Below are positions 25,252 to 37,771 of a stretch of 64,000 nt of DNA, one piece after another; the first letter of the stretch is position 1, and each line of letters starts with the position of its first letter. Position numbers and translations under genes: made by a program. The notes below the pieces were generated by a model that did not search any database, had not been told where the DNA came from, and worked only from the letters and a program-made list of their open reading frames with translations. This DNA is from Macrostomum hystrix (lineage: Eukaryota; Animalia; Platyhelminthes), in the NCBI GenBank assembly GCA_950097015.1, contig CATNEN010000037.1, positions 310,001 through 374,000 on the forward strand, in the 5' to 3' direction.

Positions 25252-26275
25252 GGACGGAACGAGACCGGCTGCTCAACCAAGCTCTGGCACCGAATACGAG
25301 ACGAGCACTACGGTCCCAGCTAGCCTGCTGGGAGCGCTTCTGCAGCGACATCAGCGTGCACCCTCTAGAGGCCGATGGACCGACGGTGTCACTCTACGTA
25401 TCACACCTACACATCAAGCACCTGACCTCATTCGCCAGCTTCCCCGCCTACCTGCACGCGGTGTCGTGGCTCTACAAGCTGGCTGGGCGGGCCGACCCGA
25501 CTGCCCACCCTCTAGTGCGCCTTGCCTATCAAGGCGTCAAGCGGCAGCGCGGCGCCCATGCGAGACAAAAAGCCGGTCTGACCCCCCGCCATGCTGCTGC
25601 AGCTCAGGTCACACATCGACACAACATCCTGCCGCGGCGCGGCCTTCTGGTGCTGGTTGCTGGTTGCTGGTCGGCTTCTGGGGTCTGCTGCGTGCGGACA
25701 ATCTGTGCCTCTCTTCTGAATCAGCCGCCCGGAGCCCGCAGTCTTCAGCCAGGGCGGTGCGGCTGAAAGACCTGCAGCTGTGCAACAGCGGCATCGAGCT
25801 GCGAATCCGTCACAGCAAGACCATCCAGTTCGCTCAGCGTGAGCACATGGTCTGGCTGCCACGATTGCCCACCGCGAATGGGTCTCGTCATCCGCTCTGC
25901 CCGTTCAACGCGGTCCTCCTTCACCTCAAGCTCAATAATCTCGCGGAAAACGGACTCGACTCGATCCTGTTTGCCTTTCGATCGGGCCAACGACGGGTCC
26001 CGGTATGTCGATCGCAATTTACCAGACAACTATTTAAAGCGGCGACAGCGGCTGGACTCGACCCGACAACAATCTCCGGGCACTCATTGCGCAGAGGCGG
26101 AGCGACATTTTTCGCCAGCTCAGGAGCATCAGTGCAAGAAGTTATGGCTTTGGGAGACTGGCGCAGCGACTCCGTGTTCCGCTACATCAAACCGGGTGAT
26201 GAGGGGCGCCGGCGTGCGGTAGACGCAGCATCTGCCCACATCATCAGCTGCCACCCATCCCCCCACCGCTTTTAA
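25248..26275 (+). pseudogene. Tyrosine recombinase ORF, interrupted
   Basis: N-terminal ALAPNTRRALRSQLACWERFC...YVSHL...HPLVRLAYQGVKR; catalytic GLLRADNL, HSKT, GHSLRRGGAT, GDWRSDSVFRY. Extra C in the run near 25582-25588 and a 7-bp duplication (GCTGGTT) near 25653-25666 shift the frame. Confidence 0.9.
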
Positions 26276-26355
26276 CTTTTTTTTTGGCCTTGGGCCTGCG
26301 TCGCCATGTTCGTACCGCCACTTTTCTCGCCTCCGCCTCTTTGATCTGGACATTA

Positions 26356-27905
26356 AACTGACACATGTATTAACTGACACATCTATTAACTGACACATCT
26401 ATTAACTCACACATCTATTAACTGACACATCTATTTACTCACACATCTATTTACTCACACATCTATTAACTGACACATCTATTTACTCACACATCTATTA
26501 ACTGACACATCTATTTACTCACACATCTATTAACTGACACATCTATTAACTCACACATCTATTAACTGACACATCTATTTACTCACACATCTATTTACTC
26601 ACACATCTATTAACTCACACAACTATTAACTCACACATCTATTAACTGACACATCTATTAACTCACACATCTATTAACTGCCACATCTATTAACTCACAC
26701 ATCTATTTACTCACACATCTATTTACTCACACATCTATTTACTCACACATCTATTTACTCACACATCTATTAACTCACACATCTATTAACTCACACATCT
26801 ATTTACTCACACATCTATTAACTGACACATCTATTTACTCACACATCTATTTACTCACACATCTATTAACTCACACATCTATTAACTCACACATCTATTT
26901 ACTCACACATCTATTAACTCACACATCTATTTACTCACACATCTATTTACTCACACATCTATTATCTGACACATCTATTAACTCACACATCTATTAACTC
27001 ACACAACTATTTACTCACACATCTATTTACTCACACATCTATTTACTCACACATCTATTAACTCACACATCTATTAACTGACACATCTATTTACTCATAC
27101 ATCTATTAACTCACACATCTATTTACTCACACATCTATTTACTCACACATCTATTAACTCACACATCTATTAACTCACACATCTATTAACTGACACGTCT
27201 ATTTACTCACACATCTATTTACTCACACATCTATTAACTCACACATCTATTAACTCACACATCTATTAACTGACACGTCTATTTACTCACACATCAATTT
27301 ACTCACACATCTATTAACTCACACATCTATTAACTCACACATCTATTAACTGACACATCTATTAACTCACACATCTATTAACTCACACATCTATTTACTC
27401 ACACATCTATTTACTCACACATCTATTTACTCACACATCTATTATCTGACACATCTATTAACTCACACATCTATTAACTCACACATCTATTTACTCACAC
27501 ATCTATTTACTCACACATCTATTTACTCACACATCTATTTACTCACACATCTATTAACTCACACATCTATTAACTCACACATCTATTAACTGACACGTCT
27601 ATTTACTCACACATCTATTTACTCACACATCTATTAACTCACACATCTATTAACTCACACATCTATTAACTGACACATCTATTTACTCACACATCAATTT
27701 ACTCACACATCTATTAACTCACACATCTATTAACTCACACATCTATTAACTGACACATCTATTAACTGACACATCTATTAACTCACACATCTATTAACTC
27801 ACACATCTATTAACTCACACATCTATTTACTCACACATCTATTAACTCACACATCTATTAACTCACACATCTATTAACTGACAAATCTATTTACTCATAC
27901 ATCTA
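26356..27905. repeat. 16-bp minisatellite, right arm (about 97 copies)
   Basis: Same unit as 21725-22188. Confidence 0.97.
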
Positions 27906-28204
27906 AAACAAAGAATGTTTTAATAAACTTCTAAATAAAGCATTGCAATTTACAGCGCAATGAGGGAATGATATAGAGAAATTCTAGAGCTGTAGCTTTG
28001 ACTGGGCAGCATATTTAGAAGAAAAGCCATCGTATGGGTATGATATATTGTGCTGAACTACCGCTGCGCAGCGACCCACCCCAGAGCTCCGAGTGGGTGG
28101 GGTAGAAGGATAATTGGTAATAATAATTTTCCCGAAACAGAAACTGACTAAGAGAAATGATAAGAATGCAAATAGTAGAGGGAATGAAGGACAGAAACAG
28201 AAGA

Positions 28205-28955
28205 GGAGAGAAAGAGAGATAAGGAAGGAGAAAAGTAGATAGAACGAAAGAGAAAGAGAGAGATAAAGAAGGAGAAAAGTAGATAGAAGGAAAGAGAATG
28301 AGAGATAAAGAAGGAGAACAGTAGATAGAAGGAAAGAGAAAGAGAGATAAAGAAGGAGAAAAGTAGATAGAAGGAAAGAGAAAGAGAGATAAAGAAGGAG
28401 AAAAGTAGATAGAACGAAAGAGAATGAGAGATAAAGAAGGAGAAAAGTAGATAGAACGAAAGAGAATGAGAGATAAAGAAGGAGAAAAGTAGATAGAAGG
28501 AAAGAGAAAGAGAGATAAAGAAGGAGAAAAGTAGATAGAAGGAAAGAGAATGAGAGATAAAGAAGGAGAAAAGTAGATAGAAGGAAAGAGAATGAGAGAT
28601 AAAGAAGGAGAAAAGTAGATAGAAGGAAAGAGAAAGAGAGATAAAGAAGGAGAAAAGTAGATAGAAGGAAAGAGAAAGAGAGATAAAGAAGGAGAAAAGT
28701 AGATAGAAGGAAAGAGAAAGAGAGATAAAGAAGGAGAAAAGTAGATAGAACGAAAGAGAATGAGAGATAAAGAAGGAGAAAAGTAGATAGAAGGAAAGAG
28801 AAAGAGAGATAAAGAAGGAGAAAAGTAGATAGAAGGAAAGAGAAAGAGAGATAAAGAAGGAGAAAAGTAGATAGAAGGAAAGAGAAAGAGAGATAAAGAA
28901 GGAGAAAAGTAGATAGAAGGAAAGAGAAAGAGAGATAAAGAAGGAGAAAAGTGGA
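28205..28955. repeat. 42-bp purine-rich minisatellite, about 17 copies
   Basis: Unit AGAGATAAAGAAGGAGAAAAGTAGATAGAAGGAAAGAGAAAG. Confidence 0.95.
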
Positions 28956-29619
28956 GAGAAAAATATATAAATATAGATGAAGAAGGCGAACCTATGGGTG
29001 CCATTAGTACTTCTTTACCATTTACCTCTCGCCCATCATATTATATCTGTTCCGAAGGCCTTAGAAATGGGAGTCATAGAAGACGGGGGCCCGGTTAAAA
29101 GGACTAAAGAATGGTTTTGTTCATTGGGAGGCATAGAGTTTTGAAGCTGCACCACCCATGCGCAGATGCTTCATGAAGAGCGCCGTTCGCCCCTTCCCCC
29201 CCCCCCCGGTGGGGGCGGCCGGTTTGACCTTATTTTTGGCCTTTTCCCGCCTGTCTTTCACTCTAATTGCTTTGGCGCAGGATTCACTACTACGAGAGAA
29301 GAGGTCTTCAGAAACTTACAGAAACCGTGGAGGTCCCCATAAGTTCGCCGACAGGCAGCTGTCACCTGGAGATTAAATACGCTGGGCCGGATGTCCGTTA
29401 CTATAGGAGGTCTTCTAATTTTGGGCATGGAATTGGGGATTTGAGATTTTTTATGTTTCGCAATTATGGATGAGGATGAGAATTTCGGAATTCCTACTTC
29501 GGGACTTATGATTTAGTATTTTTTGTATCTGGGACTTTAGATATTTGGTAGTTTTAAAGGTTTGGGATTTGTAGACTTTAGACTTTTGTAATATTGAAAT
29601 TTTTGGGACTGGTAGATTG

Positions 29620-32600
29620 TATTTTGTGTTGCAGATAAATAGCATTTGTAACTACTTCCAGTAGGCTTGGCAGACAAAGCATCTCCTTCTGTATTGATAA
29701 GTAATGAAATCCTTATTTTTGTGTTGCAGATAAATAGCGTTTGTAACTACTTCCAGTAGGCTTGGCAGACAAAGCATCTCCTTCTGTATTGATAAGTAAT
29801 GAAATCCTTATTTTTGTGTTGCAGATAAATAGCATTTGTAACTACTTCCAGTAGGCTTGGCAGACAAAGCATCTCCCTTCTGTATTGATAAGTAATGAAA
29901 TCCTTATTTTTGTGTTGCAGATAAATAGCGTTTGTAACTACTTCCAGTAGGCTTGGCAGACAAAGCATCTCCCTTCTGTATTGATAAGTAATGAAATCCT
30001 TATTTTTGTGTTGCAGATAAATAGCGTTTGTAACTACTTCCAGTAGGCTTGGCAGACAAAGCATCTCCCTTCTGTATTGATAAGTAATGAAATCCTTATT
30101 TTTGTGTTGCAGATAAATAGCATTTGTAACTACTTCCAGTAGGCTTGGCAGACAAAGCATCTCCTTCTGTATTGATAAGTAATGAAATCCTTATTTTTGT
30201 GTTGCAGATAAATAGCATTTGTAACTACTTCCAGTAGGCTTGGCAGACAAAGCATCTCCCTTCTGTATTGATAAGTAATGAAATCCTTATTTTTGTGTTG
30301 CAGATAAATAGCGTTTGTAACTACTTCCAGTAGGCTTGGCAGACAAAGCATCTCCCTTCTGTATTGATAAGTAATGAAATCCTTATTTTTGTGTTGCAGA
30401 TAAATAGCGTTTGTAACTACTTCCAGTAGGCTTGGCAGACAAAGCATCTCCTTCTGTATTGATAAGTAATGAAATCCTTATTTTTGTGTTGCAGATAAAT
30501 AGCGTTTGTAACTACTTCCAGTAGGCTTGGCAGACAAAGCATCTCCTTCTGTATTGATAAGTAATGAAATCCTTATTTTTGTGTTGCAGATAAATAGCAT
30601 TTGTAACTACTTCCAGTAGGCTTGGCAGACAAAGCATCTCCCTTCTGTATTGATAAGTAATGAAATCCTTATTTTGTGTTGCAGATAAATAGCATTTGTA
30701 ACTACTTCCAGTAGGCTTGGCAGACAAAGCATCTCCCTTCTGTATTGATAAGTAATGAAATCCTTATTTTTGTGTTGCAGATAAATAGCATTTGTAACTA
30801 CTTCCAGTAGGCTTGGCAGACAAAGCATCTCCCTTCTGTATTGATAAGTAATGAAATCCTTATTTTTGTGTTGCAGATAAATAGCATTTGTAACTACTTC
30901 CAGTAGGCTTGGCAGACAAAGCATCTCCTTCTGTATTGATAAGTAATGAAATCCTTATTTTTGTGTTGCAGATAAATAGCGTTTGTAACTACTTCCAGTA
31001 GGCTTGGCAGACAAAGCATCTCCTTCTGTATTGATAAGTAATGAAATCCTTATTTTTGTGTTGCAGATAAATAGCATTTGTAACTACTTCCAGTAGGCTT
31101 GGCAGACAAAGCATCTCCCTTCTGTATTGATAAGTAATGAAATCCTTATTTTTGTGTTGCAGATAAATAGCGTTTGTAACTACTTCCAGTAGGCTTGGCA
31201 GACAAAGCATCTCCCTTCTGTATTGATAAGTAATGAAATCCTTATTTTTGTGTTGCAGATAAATAGCGTTTGTAACTACTTCCAGTAGGCTTGGCAGACA
31301 AAGCATCTCCCTTCTGTATTGATAAGTAATGAAATCCTTATTTTTGTGTTGCAGATAAATAGCATTTGTAACTACTTCCAGTAGGCTTGGCAGACAAAGC
31401 ATCTCCTTCTGTATTGATAAGTAATGAAATCCTTATTTTTGTGTTGCAGATAAATAGCATTTGTAACTACTTCCAGTAGGCTTGGCAGACAAAGCATCTC
31501 CCTTCTGTATTGATAAGTAATGAAATCCTTATTTTTGTGTTGCAGATAAATAGCATTTGTAACTACTTCCAGTAGGCTTGGCAGACAAAGCATCTCCCTT
31601 CTGTATTGATAAGTAATGAAATCCTTATTTTTGTGTTGCAGATAAATAGCATTTGTAACTACTTCCAGTAGGCTTGGCAGACAAAGCATCTCCCTTCTGT
31701 ATTGATAAGTAATGAAATCCTTATTTTTGTGTTGCAGATAAATAGCATTTGTAACTACTTCCAGTAGGCTTGGCAGACAAAGCATCTCCCTTCTGTATTG
31801 ATAAGTAATGAAATCCTTATTTTTGTGTTGCAGATAAATAGCATTTGTAACTACTTCCAGTAGGCTTGGCAGACAAAGCATCTCCTTCTGTATTGATAAG
31901 TAATGAAATCCTTATTTTTGTGTTGCAGATAAATAGCGTTTGGAACTACTTCCAGTAGGCTTGGCAGACAAAGCATCTCCCTTCTGTATTGATAAGTAAT
32001 GAAATCCTTATTTTTGTGTTGCAGATAAATAGCGTTTGGAACTACTTCCAGTAGGCTTGGCAGACAAAGCATCTCCCTTCTGTATTGATAAGTAATGAAA
32101 TCCTTATTTTTGTGTTGCAGATAAATAGCGTTTGTAACTACTTCCAGTAGGCTTGGCAGACAAAGCATCTCCCTTCTGTATTGATAAGTAATGAAATCCT
32201 TATTTTTGTGCTGCAGATAAATAGCGTTTGTAACTACTTCCAGTAGGCTTGGCAGACAAAGCATCTCCTTCTGTATTGATAAGTAATGAAATCCTTATTT
32301 TTGTGTTGCAGATAAATAGCGTTTGTAACTACTTCCAGTAGGCTTGGCAGACAAAGCATCTCCTTCTGTATTGATAAGTAATGAAATCCTTATTTTTGTG
32401 TTGCAGATAAATAGCGTTTGTAACTACTTCCAGTAGGCTTGGCAGACAAAGCATCTCCTTCTGTATTGATAAGTAATGAAATCCTTATTTTTGTGTTGCA
32501 GATAAATAGCGTTTGTAACTACTTCCAGTAGGCTTGGCAGACAAAGCATCTCCCTTCTGTATTGATAAGTAATGAAATCCTTATTTTTGTGTTGCAGATA

Positions 32601-33260
32601 AATAGCGTTTGTAACTACTTCCAGTAGGCTTGGCAGACAAAGCATCTCCCTTCTGTATTGATAAGTAATGAAATCCTTATTTTTGTGTTGCAGATAAATA
32701 GCGTTTGTAACTACTTCCAGTAGGCTTGGCAGACAAAGCATCTCCTTCTGTATTGATAAGTAATGAAATCCTTATTTTTGTGTTGCAGATAAATAGCATT
32801 TGTAACTACTTCCAGTAGGCTTGGCAGACAAAGCATCTCCTTCTGTATTGATAAGTAATGAAATCCTTATTTTTGTGTTGCAGAATAAATAGCGTTTGTA
32901 ACTACTTCCAGTAGGCTTGGCAGACAAAGCATCTCCTTCTGTATTGATAAGTAATGAAATCCTTATTTTTGTGTTGCAGATAAATAGCGTTTGTAACTAC
33001 TTCCAGTAGGCTTGGCAGACAAAGCATCTCCCTTCTGTATTGATAAGTAATGAAATCCTTATTTTTGTGTTGCAGATAAATAGCGTTTGTAACTACTTCC
33101 AGTAGGCTTGGCAGACAAAGCATCTCCCTTCTGTATTGATAAGTAATGAAATCCTTATTTTTGTGTTGCAGATAAATAGCATTTGTAACTACTTCCAGTA
33201 GGCTTGGCAGACAAAGCATCTCCCTTCTGTATTGATAAGTAATGAAATCCTTATTTTTGT
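29620..33260. repeat. 95/96-bp tandem repeat, about 38 near-identical copies
   Basis: Unit begins TTTTTGTGTTGCAGATAAATAGC(A/G)TTTGTAACTACTTCCAGTAGG; length variants differ by CC/CCC. Confidence 0.97.
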
Positions 33261-33288
33261 CAGGCCATGGACTGGACAGCTCATTAGA

Positions 33289-33579
33289 CTTGAAGGTCCA
33301 GCAGTCCGTCTAGATAAAGGTAGGTGACCCCCGAAGACGGAGATGATGCAGGCAGGCACATTCGGGTGACATGCTGATCAATTTTGAAGGCCTGGCAAGG
33401 CCGCACTGAGGCGCAGTGCTAATTTGTGTATAGGGGTGTACTCGTATGAAATACACTAGAGCTTATGGGAAAAATCCGACCTTCGGCCAGAACCATTGAA
33501 TAATTCGACGGTCTGAAGAGCTGGCGACTTGATTCTTGCTTCAGAAGATGCGCAACAAAAAGTTGGCCCGTGTTCTTGA
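33289..33579 (+). repeat. Unclassified dispersed repeat A, copy 1 (inverted relative to 40465-40745)
   Basis: About 290 bp, roughly 90% identical by eye to the reverse complement of 40465-40745. Confidence 0.9.
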
Positions 33580-34457
33580 TAGCCCTGTCTTGGTAGTTCT
33601 ACTGGTACAGTTTTGCTTAGTATTGATCATTCTATAGCAATCTGTCATTTCCAGTGATTTCGTCTAAGCCACGAGTCTCTACACCTGAAATTATATTTGC
33701 ACCTGGGAAGTCCTGAGCTTATCTAATCCCTATTTATTAATCCGCATCTCATGGTCGAAAATCTAAGCATATTAAGCTGCTTTAGAACTTTTGTCAGTGA
33801 CACTGCTGCACGAACCTGAAGGAGCCTATTATACTTAGTTGCAATATTTGCCCATATTTGGCATATGCAGCTCATTCATGAATTAAAGACAAGGTTTTCA
33901 CAAAATTTATTTATTTATTTATCATTGTTTCTAGGCAGCACTGCAGCATACTGAAAGATTCTTTTTGTTTATGTTGCATCCATGATTCACGCCAAGCGCA
34001 GTTAAAATTAGTTGCGTCTGTTAAAATGATCAAATTATGCACATCGCCGATTTGGAATTTCACATTGAATTACAGGCAAGCAATTGGGGACTGCCAACTC
34101 AGGAAGTATTCTTTGAATGGGAGTTTCATTAGCTGCTTTGGTACTTAATAAAATGAACTATTACTTTAATAAGCTATCCTATGTCGAAGAAGAAATTGCT
34201 TCACTTCTAATCGTGCTTTGACAAGCAGCTTTGAATCTTTGGAAAAATTAGAAAACAGAAGCGAAAATAACCAAAAATTCTATTCAAACACATGGCGCGA
34301 GTGCCAGCCACATTCACCTGGCGGATTTCAAAGCTGGTAAGCAAAATGGAGGATCGGCGCAGGTGCAAAATCTGAAAAACGGAACACAAAACAAGGTGGA
34401 AAAGAAGAGCAAAAAGGTGAAAACATTTAGCCAGTAAATTGTATTGAGAGTTGAGTA

Positions 34458-35104
34458 TCATTGCATGCGACCAGGCTTGTTGTGAATCCTGCTGTGCCGC
34501 TTCTTTTCGTCCGACCGTGCGAATCGTCGACCGCAGACGTCGCATGAGAACGGCTTCTCGCCAGTGTGCGTCCGCTTGTGCGTGGTCAGATGGTCGCTGC
34601 GGCTGAATTCGCGCGGACAGATTTGACAGCGGAACGGCTTCAGGCCGCTGTGAATGCGCAGATGCCTCGTCAGCTCGTCGGTTCTGGAGAATCGCTTAGT
34701 GCAGCCCTCCATGGTGCATGGATGTGGCCGCTCTGAAGGCGACTGCTTGCGGTGCTGCTGCTGCTGCTGCTGTTGAGGCTCTGGCTTCTGCTGCTTCGGA
34801 CGTCGAGAGCGGGGCTTCGTTTGCTGCGGAATCTGTGGCGCAGCCAGAGGTGTACAAGACGACGAGTCATCCTCGGATTTGACCACCGACACTAGTTGGT
34901 ACGGAGGGAGAGACTGCGGCGGCAGACTAAAGTACACTGGCGGGCTGCAGCTGGGCGTGTGGGAATAGGCTGGCAATCCGTAGGTCGGACTGACCTGACA
35001 GCTGCTCTGTGGGTGGTTCTGGCTAACTGAGCTGACCGCGGATTCTGCAGGAGCTGTGCATAGCTCTAGAAGAGTCACACCAGTCGATACCGATGGCTGT
35101 TGTA
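34458..35104 (-). CDS. egr: EGR/Krox zinc-finger transcription factor, exon 2
   Basis: Three C2H2 fingers with EGR recognition helices RTDELTR, RSDHLTT, RSDEKKR; acceptor TTTTTCCACTTTTCAG| at 35105, phase 1. Confidence 0.93.
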
Positions 35105-35233
35105 CTGAAAAGTGGAAAAATAATAAACATATATTTATTATGTGCTACGACTGAATGCTTTCTTTGTGCTGTGTTGTTTTTTTCTGCTCGAAGCAGAACT
35201 CAAGAGAAAGCTCCTTTGGAGCTGTTTTCATTT

Positions 35234-35243
35234 CCATAATTGG
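35234..35243. promoter_or_regulatory. CArG box in the egr intron
   Basis: CCATAATTGG matches CC(A/T)6GG. Confidence 0.5.
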
Positions 35244-36098
35244 AAGGTCTCAGGAGCAGGTGAGGCAGAGAGAGGGGAGGGGGTACCCTCTAGGTGGAGC
35301 TTGTAAATGCAGTCACTATTGTCGCAGCCTCTCGTCTCATCACTTTAAACAAGAGAGAAAAAATGCAGATAGAAACTAAAAAAACACAGCTTATGGAATT
35401 TGTTGACTGCGTGCAGGCATCACGGATTCCGATGTCATGGCTTTAGTGGATCCGGTTTCTTCCGCACCTCGGCAGCCTTGCCCAAATCGCATGGGGATGA
35501 GCCGGTTTGACTTCACTGTTCAACGTTCTCTACCTGCTGTAGCAACATTTAGCAGCAAATCACACGCACAAGCTACGTTTCTATTTCGATAGATGACGAA
35601 CGCTTCATAGAAGCAGAGGGACAAAGCACTTTGTACTTTATGATAATTTAGCTTTTTCTCCTAGGTGTAGGCTCATTGGTAGAAGATTTCTCCCAGAAAG
35701 CATCTGGGAAAACACTTTTCCCATTTTCTTTTCTATTGACATAAAGGATCGATGAGCCGTGCCTCTACGCGTCTGTTTCGCCTTTCGCTTCTTTCGCCCT
35801 CTCCTTATTTTTGCTCTGTTCCGAAATGCCACGAAAGCACACAAATAGCTAATTTTGTCTCTCAGTGTCTGTCTGCCTTTCTAACTTGGAAAACAGACGG
35901 ACAGGCCTTAGACACTCGATTGTACCAGCTAGATAGGAGCTGGGCAGTGTGGAGCAATACACAAGACAGCCTGTCAGCTGTTGCTAGGCTGCCTTCAAGC
36001 TTCAGCCCCAAGAAGCATTACTGCGAATTCATTTTTACTGTTCTATTCTTTTAAAATTGCATTAAATGTTAGATAGGCTGTAGATCGAGGCAACTCAC

Positions 36099-36301
36099 AG
36101 TGAGCATTAGTTGGCAGTTCGTCTTTAACTTCGGTTGTTAACTCTGCCACAACCTCAGCTGCGATGGTGTCCGCCTCTTCCATTGGTTCAGACTTCTGGG
36201 GAACTCTCTGCTGCTGCTGTTGCAGCTGCTGCTGTTGCAGCTGCTGCTGTTGCAGCTGCTGCTGTTGCAGCTGCTGCTTCTGCTGCAGCAGATGTTGCAC
36301 T

Positions 36302-36334
<33 letters not shown>

Positions 36335-36663
36335 AACAGCCTTGGCGATAGCAGAAAGCAACAGCCTGGCTCGTCGTCCAGCTTCGCGCCAAGGAACCCC
36401 GCGCCGGAGGCGAGCCGGGCCTGAGCCTGCGGTCCGCCGGGCGTGTGCAGCGCCATCGGCGTCTTCAACTCATCGTCGGCAGCAAAGAAGTGCTGCGTAG
36501 TCAAGCCGCATGTCTTCGGCGTGTCGCCGCTGTGGAAGGTGTCGAACAGTCGAGCGCTCTCGTCGAGCGACTGCTGCGTGAGTCTCTCCAGGTGCTCGTG
36601 GCTAAAGCTGAAGGCACAGGACTGCAGGTTCTCCATCATCGCCAAAGGCGTTATCGCTGCCAA
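36099..36663 (-). CDS. egr: EGR/Krox transcription factor, exon 1 (polyQ-rich)
   Basis: ATG-led ORF with Q runs; donor CAC T|GTGAGT at 36098, phase 1, joins exon 2 in frame (H-L-Q-Q-P-S-V). Confidence 0.8.
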
Positions 36664-36995
36664 CCAGGATGCCAGTTTTGCTGTTTGCTGTCAGCACAAT
36701 GCTGCTCTTGTTAGCTGTTTAGCTTTTAGTATAGCCGCCTTACTGATTGCCTGAAGGCCGCACGAGCGGAAAGCCAACGATTGAATAGGCTTTTCAGACT
36801 GGGCCGGAAGGAATACAGGGGTTTGCAAAGCCTGATCAACGATTTGATTAGCTTTTTAAGAAGAGAAGACTTTGTGGTCCGCCTTTTCAACAAAGGCCTT
36901 TTTAACAATGCTTTGCTTGCTGGTTTCTGGGGACAGGAAAGCTATTGGAAGTCTGTGTGCATGTCTTTAGGGTTTTATGAATGAATCGCAGAATT

Positions 36996-37005
36996 CCATA
37001 TAAGG
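36996..37005. promoter_or_regulatory. CArG box (SRF site) upstream of egr
   Basis: CCATATAAGG, about 330 bp upstream of the ATG; minus-strand CCAAT at about 37011-37015 and CATAAAA at about 36973-36979 nearby. Confidence 0.65.
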
Positions 37006-37132
37006 AACTTATTGGCCTGTTGGCCAGTCAGAGAGAGAGAGAAAGGCTTGGCTGGGTAAGAGGGTGACACAAGAAAATGGTTTGAGAGGCAGATAGCGCG
37101 GCCTCTACTGGCTTACCAAAAATAGCTAAGAC

Positions 37133-37140
37133 TGACGTCA
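37133..37140. promoter_or_regulatory. Palindromic CRE upstream of egr
   Basis: TGACGTCA. Confidence 0.65.
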
Positions 37141-37421
37141 AACAAACTGCAGGGGAGAGAATTATAGTGAGGTGAGAGGGTTGAGTGCGGCCAGTGTACA
37201 CTCATCCCGGGAGGTACACGATTTCTGCGCTCCCGCCCCAACGTACTTTCTCTCCCTATCCTTCTATCTCTCCTCTCTCTCCTTCCAACCCTTATCATGT
37301 CCGTTTGTATCAGTCGCCGCCCCAGTCGTGTCTTCGGTCCGGCCCTGTACTCTGTGATATCCGATTGCAGTATCAACCTCCCCTCTTTCATGTCTGCTCA
37401 ATCTCTTTCTCTAGCCCTGGC

Positions 37422-37771
37422 TGACGCAAATGGCGCGCGTGCAGCGAGTCGCAATCCCGTCGAACAGCCACTGGTGAAAGCCGCGCATCTTTTCAGTGGC
37501 ACTGAGTTGAGTATCAGGCATAGAGTAGCGAGGTAAACAACTAAAATCTAATCCAGACTATACTCTGGCTGGGGAAAAGAAGTACACGCCAACCCAAAAA
37601 TGACTGCAACTTAAAACTTGTTAGCCAAAAGAATCAGTTGCTAGCGAGAACTCCTGACGCAAAGGCAAAGTACAAATCACTAAATCATTAGTCCTACTAA
37701 TGTATGCTCGGCAATTGTCAAAATTAGCGCCCATAGCGAGAACTTCAAATGCAAATTACCAACTTGCGTCA
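37422..37771. promoter_or_regulatory. Cluster of three TGACGCAA bZIP (CRE-variant) sites
   Basis: TGACGCAA at 37422 and 37655, TTGCGTCA at 37764. Confidence 0.5.

Larger units (their letters stand above)
22189..26355 (+). mobile_element. Tyrosine-recombinase retrotransposon (DIRS order, Ngaro-like), about 4.17 kb
   Basis: gag-like ORF, RT/RNase H ORF and tyrosine recombinase ORF in that order, no integrase and no methyltransferase ORF seen; flanked on both sides by the same 16-bp satellite with no TSD. Confidence 0.9.

Noticed and set aside
28015-29004. 329-aa hydrophobic ORF
   Set aside because: It is the pyrimidine strand of the 42-bp purine minisatellite.
29747-33219. Series of 105-169-aa ORFs
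   Set aside because: Translations of the 96-bp monomer, broken wherever a 95-bp variant occurs.
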